A stretch of 64,000 nucleotides of DNA from Octopus sinensis (taxonomy: Eukaryota): NCBI RefSeq assembly GCF_006345805.1, contig NC_043001.1, positions 113,460,001 to 113,524,000 of the forward strand, written 5' to 3'. The notes under the pieces were generated by a model. The model was not told where the DNA came from and searched no databases. It saw only the letters and a list, made by a program, of their open reading frames with translations. Shown one piece after another: positions 53,690 to 64,000 of this stretch (the stretch's first letter is position 1; every line of letters starts with the position of its first letter). The translations under genes were made by a program, and so were the position numbers.

Positions 53690-54073
53690 GTGGAGGCGCA
53701 ATGGCCCAGTGGTTAGGGCAGCGGATTTGCGGTCGTAGGATCGCGGTTTCGATTCCCAGCCCGGGCGTTGTGAGTGTTTATTGAGCGAAAAACACCTAAA
53801 GCTCCAAGATGCTCCGGCAGGGGATGGTGGTGATCCCTGCTGTACTCTTTCACCACAACTTTCTCTCACTCTTACTTCCTGTTTCTGTTGTACCTGTATT
53901 TCAAAGGGCCGGCCTTGTCACTCTCTGTGTCACGCTGAATATCCCCGAGAACTACGTTAAGGGTACACGTGTCTGTGGAGTGCTCAGCCACTTACACGTT
54001 AATTTCACGAGCAGGCTGTTCCGTTGATTCGGATCAACCGGAACCCTCGTCGTCGTAACTGACGGAGTGCTTC
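53690..54073 (+). mobile_element. SINE family C, full length
   Basis: A box tggcccagtgg, B box ggtttcgattcc, 3' end gtcgtcgtaactgacggagtgcttcca; near-identical to 36248-36634. Confidence 0.93.
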
Positions 54074-55032
54074 CATATCCAATTTGCCCATACCTGCAAG
54101 ACTGTCCTCTCCATACCAGCGATATTTGTTCATGGGAAAGGGCTCCGATATGGGCTAACAAACCTAGGGAGCAGTGTTGTTGCTTCTATCGGTATTAGAA
54201 TATCAAGATTCAGCACAGAGATCACAAGACACTCCATTCGACTGCCTAACAATTCTGCTAATGCACAATATACGAGATTTTGTCGACCACCAAAGAATAA
54301 AAGTCAACGTTGACCTTTCTAAGATTTGAACCCGGAACTTCGAGAATTAAAACGAATACGGCGAGATAATCTGTTTGACTTTAACGATTCTGATAATTCG
54401 CAGCCTTAGAGGAGGTGTTGGAGGAGAAAGAAGTAGATGTTAGGTAGTACAAACGATCTATTTGCTCTGTTTGAATGATACAGACGACAGACTTCTATAA
54501 CAGACGATCTTTTATGTAAGATATCAGTATGTTTTAAAGTGAAAAAACGTGTTTCCGATTGGGAACAGGGCTTTTTATAATTTTCACCAAATAGGCGTAT
54601 CACGTTAAGAGAAAATGGTAAACGCTTCGGCACGAATATACACTTACACACATACTTTACTTCCCAACCAGACACGCATAGATACAAATATACATTCGTA
54701 TGTTCGCCATTTTCTTTTTATAGCGATTCACTTCTTTGCTGAAATATATAACACTTCTTTCTTCCTTTTATTGTTATTCATTCTCCTCTGACGTTGTAGA
54801 TCTCTCTGTCTCTCCTACTCTCCGTGTGCTCCCTTCTCTCTTTCTTTCTTTCTTTCTTTCTTCCCCTTCCTCTTACTATGCATGTATATATGTGTGATTG
54901 TATATTGAGAGATATAGATGCTTGTGTGTGTGCGTATGTGTGTGTATACATCTTTATATTTATATATATATATATATATATACATGTATATATTTATATA
55001 TGTATATGTACACACACGACACATATATATGC

Positions 55033-55139
<107 letters not shown>

Positions 55140-55950
55140 CATATATATATATACACACATACAGAGGGAAAGAGAAAAAGAGAGAAAAAGCCTGAGTGAT
55201 ACGAGTAGATTTAAATATAGTTCCATTGTTGGTTATCTGCACACAAACATTTATGTATGTATGTATGTATGTATGCATGTATGTATGTATATGTATGTGT
55301 GTGTGTATGTATGTATGTATGTATGTATGTATGTATGTATGTATGTATGTTTGTGTGTGTTGCTGTATGTGTGCGTGTCTGTTTGTGTTTGTGTCTAAGT
55401 ATAGCTGATAGAGACAAATATGTTTGTACTTTTGTATACTGTAGTACGTGCTAATGTTTGCGTATGCCGTTCACTGGAGTATTTCACTGTACGTGTCAAT
55501 CATTCATCAACAAACGCAAACACGAACATGAAATACCCAGATAAGACACGTAGAGAGAAAGAGATTTTAGTGGAAAACCTAACCTGTCCTAGCCATTGGA
55601 TGGATGCGCTTATTTCTAAGCTGTTCTTTTAGCTTTCTTTTAGTTTCTATGTTTGAAAACGTAGCATCACATTTCGATGTGTTTCTTCGTTAGTTCAGCA
55701 ATCTGTTGAAGGCAGCCCTTCATTGAACCACGCCAATAAAACGATATTTTTATTGTCTTTTCAAATTGACTTTGTGTGGCAGAAAAGACGCTGGTTTAGG
55801 GGTGACAGGGTAGGACTTGAACTCACAATGAATAAAGCCGGGCAGAAGTTGACTCCATGTGCATGTACTACCCATTGTATGCATGATATGCACATTATGC
55901 ACTATATATACTAATACACACACACACACATTATTATTATTATTATTATT

Positions 55951-56263
55951 GTGAGGGCGCGTGGCTTAGTGGTTAGGGCATTCGGCTCATGATCGTAAGG
56001 TTGTGAGTTCGATTCCAGCGACGCGTTGTGTCCTGAGCAAGAACTTTATTTCACGTTGCTCCAGTCACTCAGCTGGCAAAAATGAGTTGTACTTGTATTT
56101 CAAAGGGTCAGCCTTGTCACTCTTGTGTCACGCTGATTTTCCCCGAGAACTACGTTAAGGGTACACGTGTCTGTGGAATGCTCAGCCATTGCACGTAATT
56201 TCACGAGCAAGCTGTTCCGTGATCGTATCAGCTGGGACCCTCGTCGTCGTAACCGGCGGAGTC
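55951..56263 (+). mobile_element. SINE family C variant inserted in (TTA)n
   Basis: gtgagggcgcgtggcttagtggttaggg head; TTA repeats on both sides. Confidence 0.88.
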
Positions 56264-56329
56264 TTTATATTATATTATTATTATTATTATTATTATTGTT
56301 ATAATTATTATTATTATTATTATTATTAA

Positions 56330-56390
<61 letters not shown>

Positions 56391-56574
56391 TAAAACTGTT
56401 TGATTTGGCTCCAGCGACTTAAAGTTTTCTGGGCCCCTTACAGAAACCCGTCTTTGAGGCTTACATTGCCAAATCTAAGTCTGAAGGAAACGGGTTTTTG
56501 TTAGATGGAGCACTGGAGTACAGCACAAAGGTATGATGGGATGTACTGCCTTTCATATGGACAACGATTAAAAA

Positions 56575-56905
56575 TTTCACTTCTGCGATTCAGGTGTGCA
56601 GTGTGATTTTTAAAATCGCTCTTTTTACAGCCAGGCATAACCTGCACTTCCTGTTGCTATTGAAGTACAGTTTACATTTCTCCAGAATCTTCCACTTTAT
56701 GCTGGCGCTTTCTTTCAAATACCAGACGTGCTTGGCCAGGGTTGTTGGGTTAAGAATCTCCGGGATGTTGAAGGAGGACTTGTGGTTTTTATAGCGGGTG
56801 CTTCTAAAGAGGCCTTCAGTTGCTCCCAGTTGCTTTCGCACGTATTGTTGCCCATTTGTATCTATAGCTGTTACACTGCTTCATATATGATGCTCTTAAA
56901 GACAC
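56575..56905 (-). pseudogene. Penelope-like GIY-YIG endonuclease remnant
   Basis: SIIYEA...GATEGLFRSTRYKNHKSSF...TTLAKHVWYLKE...IKWKILEKCK...KCRLCL. Confidence 0.85.
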
Positions 56906-57079
56906 GAAATTGAGTATTAGTAATTTCGGATCATAACTGATGAAGAATTATGGCCCTCTTGTGTCTGTCCTACCTGTACGTTTTGTAGTAGTTAATGCAT
57001 TTTTCATTTATGGAGTAACGGAACGCAAACGCATCTCATCTCAACTTTTGTGAACAGTAGGTTTATATATACATATGTA

Positions 57080-57119
<40 letters not shown>

Positions 57120-57125
57120 ATATAT

Positions 57126-57169
<44 letters not shown>

Positions 57170-57537
57170 CAGAGAGAGAGGGAGAGGAGAGAGAGAGAGA
57201 GAGAAAGAGAGAGAAATAGACGTTTAAGAAATGTATCGCAAAATTCCTAATGTGAACCAGTTTCAATGTGTTGAAAGAGTTATTGTGGAAATCTTCTGGA
57301 AATCTTCCGCCACAGATCTGTGGCCCCTTCATCGACACCTAAGCGAAGCAGGAGGATACACGTGGATGGATATGGTAGGTGACGTGGTCACAGATGTGTG
57401 ACAAAATATTTCCAGACAATGGACATAAGATAAAAGAAGAACTGTAATAAACGATTGAAAAGCGAATATATAGTGCGTGTGTTTATTTGTCAAACAAAAT
57501 ATTACCCTCCAGAAATATAACAACATATATATATATT

Positions 57538-57766
57538 TCTTTACTACCCACAAGGGGCCAAAAACAGAGGGGACAAACAAGGACAGACAAAGAGATTAAG
57601 TCGATTACATCGACCCTAGTGCGTAACTGGTACTTAATATATCGACCCCGAAAGGATGAAAAGCAAAGTCAACCTCGGCGGAACTTGAACTCGGAACGTA
57701 AGGACAGATGAAATACGGCTACGCATTTCGCCCGGTGTGCTAACGTTTCTGCCAGCTCGCCGCCTT
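57538..57766 (-). mobile_element. SINE family B, full length
   Basis: aaggcggcgagctggcagaaacgttagcacaccgggcgaaatg head on the minus strand. Confidence 0.92.
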
Positions 57767-58261
57767 AAACATATATATATATATATATATATAACAATAT
57801 ATAATATGTGTGTGTGTGTGTGTGTATGTTTGTGTGTGTATGTGTGTGGTGTGTGTGCGTGTGTGTATATGTTTGTGTGTGTGTGCATGTGTGTGTATAT
57901 TGATATACATGTATGCATCTTAGAGTTGTAGAGTTTTCACTACGTATTGTCTGACATAGATTTGTTTTTAATTTTCTAATTAAAGCCAAAACAATGTGAG
58001 TTATAAGAATGGAAAAAAAAATTCAAATACAAGTCGATGGTTTGTACTTTTATGATGTATTTCAATATTGCAGCATTAGATTTACTGAAGACGGGTTCTT
58101 AACTACAAAATATTGAAAAGCACGGTAAAAGTACAAATCATTGAGTGGTATTATTTTTTAACTTACATTTGCTTTTGCCTGAAGAGGTGTATATATAATA
58201 TTTATATATATATATATATAATATATATATATATATTATATAATATATATGATGTATTTCA

Positions 58262-58301
<40 letters not shown>

Positions 58302-58443
58302 TTTATTATCATTAAAGCGCAAAAGCTGCATCAAAGCGGCAAACAATGTGAAACAAGGTGGGAAACAACGGTACTCGACTACCGGAGGTAGAGTATATGC
58401 ATTCTTATTATTAATGCAAAAGGATCACAAAAATATCACAAAA

Positions 58444-58485
58444 TACTGCTACTCAGAGTTTCACGTTCCAAATCGTCGGACAGTT
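58444..58485 (-). ncRNA. HHR-like motif with damaged helix II
   Basis: ACUGU-CCGACGA-uuuggaacgu-GAAA-CUC U GAG-UA^GCAGU; same family as 6460-6564. Confidence 0.5.
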
Positions 58486-59048
58486 CAGGTTGAGAATATA
58501 AACATTCTCAATAATAATAAAGTATATTACTCCACCTCCAGTATTCGAGCAGAAGTTTTTCCCCAGCTTGTTTCACATTTGGCTGGTTACTTTGGTGTAT
58601 TTGGTTTAGATATATATTTGGTGTACATAATATATATATATATATATATATATATGTAATACTAAGTAATTAAGGGTTCAGCAACGATTTGCCTCACCAC
58701 ACACCGAATTTAGAAATAGCAGTCAAAAAGTTTTGGCTATTCTTTCTACTTAAAAGGGAGATCCCAGTAAAACCAAAGCACTTAAAAAACAAACGACGCA
58801 GGTAAAAGAGAAAGAAATGACGAAAATCATTCTATATTAAGTTACCTACGGACGCACGTTTCTGAATTAAGTCATTGTAGAGCAAAAAAATAAATAATTA
58901 TGTCTTACCTGACTATTTTCCTCCTCAGCGTAGGATTCTTCAATTATAAATAATTGCGTCTATATATATATATGTACACACAGACACACACTAATTTCAG
59001 TAACATATTAATTATCATACCTTTCCTTAAAGCTAAAACATTCAACAT

Positions 59049-59100
<52 letters not shown>

Positions 59101-59222
59101 ACACAGACGCGCGCGCACACACACACACACTCACACACTCACACACACACGCATATACACAGACGCGCACACATGCACATACACACATATTCTCTGACTC
59201 TGTCTCTGTCTCTGTCTGCCTA

Positions 59223-59270
<48 letters not shown>

Positions 59271-59522
59271 CACACATGGATATGCATGTATATACATGTT
59301 TGTATGTGCTATAAAGTTGATCTTTGTCCTTGTACAAAAAGTATTATATTTACTGAAGGTATTGAGTAACATCACTTTCTTAGTCATTTACATTTTACAC
59401 AATAAAACCTGCAGGCCCTACCCCTGCATGCATACATAAATATACACTCATATCTGTGTGTGCGCGGTGTTTGTATTTGCTTGTGTGTATTTCAGCACAT
59501 TTAGTTACATCTATGTTTGACC

Positions 59523-59555
<33 letters not shown>

Positions 59556-59557
<2 letters not shown>

Positions 59558-59899
59558 GTGAAGTATATTTGCGACCTAAATGTGGCTAACCCTTAAGGGT
59601 CGATGCTATTGCAGCTTGTAGCCCAAGGAGACATCCCCCAACCCTTCTGTGTCCTATCAGTATTTGCAAAGGCAAGTCAACTTTCCCACCTCCAGCCTCA
59701 CGTGAGTTTCCGGGTAATGATCCGTGATTAGCGTGTGACAACCACGGGTTGGCAATGGATAGTGGTTCTCAATGCAAATATAATATATATCATATATAAA
59801 TACTTTTTGCAGCTGAAGGGAGGTGTCTTCATGGGGCTACAAGCTAGTGTAACATCACCCTTAAGAGCTAGCCACATTTAGGTGGCATATACTTCACGA
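59556..59899. mobile_element. MITE with ~85-bp imperfect TIRs
   Basis: tcgtgaagtatat..cctaaatgtggcta..cttaagggt..gcttgtagccc mirrored at 59812-59899. Confidence 0.75.
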
Positions 59900-59930
59900 T
59901 GCCGTGCAGAGATTTATTATATATATATTA

Positions 59931-59967
<37 letters not shown>

Positions 59968-60411
59968 TATATACAAATATATATATAAAATATATATTTG
60001 TATATAACATAAACATGTATATATAACATATATATGTACACATACTTATATATAAGTATGTATGTATGTATATAATATATACACACACACATACGTACAC
60101 TCGTGCACACACACATACGTACACTCGTGCACACACACATATTCAGACAACGTTTAAATTAGGATATGCTCATTAAGATACGTATCAACTTAATTTCTCC
60201 CCGCTGACGTTCTGTTCTCATTCTGAATGAGAAGCATAAATCAACGCATTCTACGATGGCCTGCCTCTAAGAAATTCCTTCCAAAATAATTTTTGTTTCA
60301 ACAAATGTCATTTAGTGTGAACGATTTGAAATTGTAGAAATTCCAAGCAAATTCTTGTTTATGTATTATATGCTAGTTTGTCCTCCATTATGTTCAGGTA
60401 AACTGCAACTT

Positions 60412-60412
60412 A

Positions 60413-60506
<94 letters not shown>

Positions 60507-60517
60507 ATTGTTGTTGA

Positions 60518-60558
<41 letters not shown>

Positions 60559-60615
60559 GTAGTAGTAGTAGTAGAAGTAGTAGTAGTATCATTATTATTA
60601 TTGTTATTGTCGTTG
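60412..60615. repeat. (TTA)/(TTG)/(TAG) compound microsatellite
   Basis: Source of the poly-L and poly-I ORFs. Confidence 0.95.
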
Positions 60616-61708
60616 TTGTTGATTAAAGAATGTGGAGTAAATATAGAAAATCGTTGATTCGTATATAATTTCTTTGTCTTTTGTTTACAGGTAGAATTTA
60701 TACAGAAAACAATAGATGAATAATTAAGGTGTTAAAAACTCCACGTATTATTTTGTTATGTATGCAATAACTATGCCTGTCATCTAAGTACATGCGTGTA
60801 TACATACTTTATTGTCTTTGCTTCTTTGTTTCTTTTATCTGATCTTATCCTATCTATCTATCTATCTATCTATCTACATATTCATCGCTATCTGAAATGT
60901 GCTTGTATTTAGATAGTCATACATACGTACATGCATACATGCGTAAACACATACATATATATATATACATATAGGTACACACATACTCATATATGTAGAT
61001 ATGTATCTCTCTATAACTATATATCTCTATATATGGATGTGTGCGCTTCTGTCTATATGTGTGTACATATAGGTATGCATATATAGATATTATGTATGTA
61101 TGTTTCTAACTATATGAGTAAACGTGCAATTTTATATATATATACATACATAAACATACATTCATGTCCCTGCTTGTTTTCTGCCCTACACAGGATTTTG
61201 TTTTTAAGAATTCCCAATAAGTTATGAATACCCAAAATGTGAAGTCAGTTATTTAGTAACATCAAATTTGTTACCCGGTAGAAAAATTCAAATAAAGTAG
61301 CCCTGAAAAGCGCTTTAATGCGTTCCCAGGATATATAGAAATACTCTTAATGTATGTATACTAAAATCGTGAAGTATACTACGTAGTAACGAGCTAATCA
61401 GATATGAGATAATAGCAATTCAAAGTGGCGCTAGTGTTGGTATATTTGTGGATAATTCATTAACTGAAATATGTGGATCTATTGTTTAGTAAAATACTAT
61501 TTACTTGTTTAAAGGTTGTAGTGAATAACAGTTTAAATATTAAAAAATAAGCATACTCAATTTGATTCATACCAAAAACTTCAGGGAAATGAATGGGTTA
61601 TTTCCCTTGGCTAAATATAATGATCCATTCCAGGGGTGAATGGGTTATTTCTCTTGGATATTAAAATATAATATATTAGTTATACATAAGGAACCCTTCT
61701 AGGGGCCC

Positions 61709-61870
61709 TATTATCAATTTTTCCAACAATTTAAGTATGCCATGATGTTTCCAGAAATGAGTTCTACTCACGTGTCAAGTTTCATCAAAATCGATAAAAC
61801 GATGTAGGAGGAGTTAGTTAACAACACCACAAACACACCCAGAGACCGAATGTCCCACATATGTAGTAGA
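61709..61870 (-). mobile_element. Helitron-like 5' terminal fragment
   Basis: Homologous to 44121-44279; A|TCTACTACATAT start on the minus strand. Confidence 0.55.
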
Positions 61871-62311
61871 TATATATATAGTTAACAATAAATCCTGACA
61901 CGCAATATTGCTAGCCACCTTAATATTACTGTATAAAACGGTAATAATACAACTAAATTTTCCTTTTTTTACGATAATTTCTCTCAAACGGTGCGGAACG
62001 TTTAAAGTAAGAAATGCATTCGAGCTAACGTAGTGAATATTTTAGAAATAGATGTTAAATGCTGTTTTCAACTGAAGATCGCTAATAATTTTTATCATGC
62101 AAAGCGTGAAATCAATTGCTATTGAAATATGTATTACTTATCTTGTATTCCAATCAGAGGTAAGACTATTTTGAAATGTTCATTGCATAGCTTGTGTGTT
62201 TCTTTATCGTAATTTTTAAGGTGGTTTTTAGAGCTATGGCATTGCATTTAGCAAGTGGTATTTATACCCTAATTTTCTTAAATTGCTATATATATATATC
62301 TTTTATCTTTC

Positions 62312-62712
62312 TTTATCTTTTACTTGTTTCAGTCATTTGACTGCGGCCATGCGGAGCACCGCCTTTAGTCGAGCAAATCGACCCCGGACTTATTCTTTGT
62401 AAGCCCAGTAAGCTATTATAATCGGTCTCTTTTGCCGAACCGCTAATGACCGAGACATAAACACACACCAGCATCGGTTGTCAAGCAATGCTAGGGGGAC
62501 AGCACACGACACACAAACACACACATACATATATATATATATACATATATACGACAGGCTTCTTTCAGTTCCGTCTACCAAATCCACTCACAAGGCATTG
62601 GTCGGCCCGGGGCTATAGCAGAAGACACTTGCCAAGATGCCACGCAGTGGGACTGAACCCGGAACCATGTGGTTGGTAAACAAGCTACTTACCACACAGC
62701 CACTCCTGCGCC
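62312..62712 (-). mobile_element. SINE family A, full length
   Basis: ggcgcaggagtggctgtgtggtaag head and gactgaaacaagtaaaagataaag tail on the minus strand. Confidence 0.9.
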
Positions 62713-62718
62713 ATATAT

Positions 62719-62752
<34 letters not shown>

Positions 62753-62859
62753 ATGAAACAACGTACTCTGGAGGAATTTAAATGCAATGTAATCCAAGTG
62801 TAGAGTAAGAAAGTCTATAAATTAGATAATCCAAATCAGTCGGAACAACGTAATGTGTC

Positions 62860-63045
62860 TACACACGTGCTATTGGTGATATTTTTCCTTCTCTAAACTT
62901 TCCGATTGCTTTCTGACGAAGAGCTATTTTGTTGAAACAACAAAACTCTCTCCTTTTACGGAGCTTCACACAAATACATTCCAACTGCATGTCCTCTTTG
63001 TTGCTTGTTATAGTTATTTTTTATGCTCGATTATTTGATTTGATT
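62860..63045 (+). mobile_element. HHR-bearing short element (family D), degenerate
   Basis: acacacgtgctattggtga start; CTGACGA-A-GAGC...GAAAC at 62913-62938; gatttgatt end. Confidence 0.6.
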
Positions 63046-63049
63046 TTAT

Positions 63050-63051
63050 AC

Positions 63052-63087
<36 letters not shown>

Positions 63088-63088
63088 G

Positions 63089-63123
<35 letters not shown>

Positions 63124-63793
63124 CATATATATATGTATATATATATATATACAAATATATATATACATACATATAGATATAATATATATGCATATATATA
63201 TACATATATATATGTATATGTATGTATATAATATATTCAATTCAATCTATTTATCTATATATATATACATATATTATATATATATACATATATATATACA
63301 TATATATATATGTATATGTATGTATATATATATATATTCATTTCAATCTATTTATCTATTCATACATATATATATGTATATGTATATATATATATTCATT
63401 TCAATCTATTTATCTATTCATACATATATATATGTATATATATATATGTATGTATATATAGGTATTCATTTCAATCTATTTATCTATTGATACATATATA
63501 CGTATGTACATGTCTATATATGTATATATATGAAAGTACATGTATATACCTATATATATACTACAGGTATACGTTTACATACAAACGTATATATATATAT
63601 ATTTATGCACATATATATATTTATATGAATAAATATATAGATTAAAATGAATACCTATATATATAGAAACATATACACATACATGTATATATACACATAT
63701 ATATATTATATATATAAGTATGTATATATGTATATATATATATATATATATATACATATATATATGTATATACATATATATATATGTATATAC

Positions 63794-63824
<31 letters not shown>
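63050..63824. repeat. Degenerate (TA)n tract with a ~60-bp minisatellite
   Basis: tattcatttcaatctatttatctattcatac recurs about five times at 63230-63500. Confidence 0.85.
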
Positions 63825-63828
<4 letters not shown>

Positions 63829-64000
63829 AATCAGATAATCGATCATTAAAAGTACCAATAACAAGCAAAAAGAGGACGGGTAGATGGGCTTTATTAGTTT
63901 GAACGAGAGAGCTTTTGACGTTTCGAGTATAGATCTTCGTCAGAAAAGTAATCGGAAAGGTTCAGTAAAGGAGAAATATCACCAACAGCACGTGTGTAAG
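63825..64000 (-). mobile_element. HHR-bearing short element (family D)
   Basis: CUUUU-CUGACGA-agaucuauacuc-GAAA-CGUC^AAAAG (core 63943 to 63917); homologous to 62860-63045. Confidence 0.7.

Noticed and set aside
53690-53760. tRNA-like sequences at SINE heads
   Set aside because: They retain A/B boxes but run straight into SINE bodies, so they are SINE promoters rather than tRNA genes.
60691-60723. Strong acceptor ttttgtttacAG followed by VEFIQKTIDE-stop
   Set aside because: Could be a terminal exon, but ten codons give no supportable product call.

Overview
Repeat-saturated, AT-rich animal genomic DNA with one 100-N assembly gap (31909-32008). The tRNA-derived SINE families and dense (TA)n/(CA)n/(TACA)n microsatellites look like an octopus/cephalopod genome; this is an inference from recalled repeat sequence, not a database search. 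No host protein-coding exon can be recognised with confidence, and nearly all listed ORFs are microsatellite translations. Supported features: four decayed full-length IS630-Tc1-mariner elements (one maT/DD37D-like, two mariner, one Tc1), several MITEs/foldback elements, non-autonomous Helitrons, CR1 and RTE LINE fragments, two Penelope-like (PLE) GIY-YIG remnants and three SINE families. The main unexplained signal is 12 hammerhead-ribozyme (HHR)-like motifs at 11 loci, most with a loop-less palindromic helix III, sitting mostly in short non-coding elements inserted into (TA)n tracts. The clearest case is 46766-47482, where two direct repeats each carry an intact HHR core and would release a 474-nt RNA, a retrozyme-like architecture. 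Ribozyme folds were paired by hand and activity is untested.
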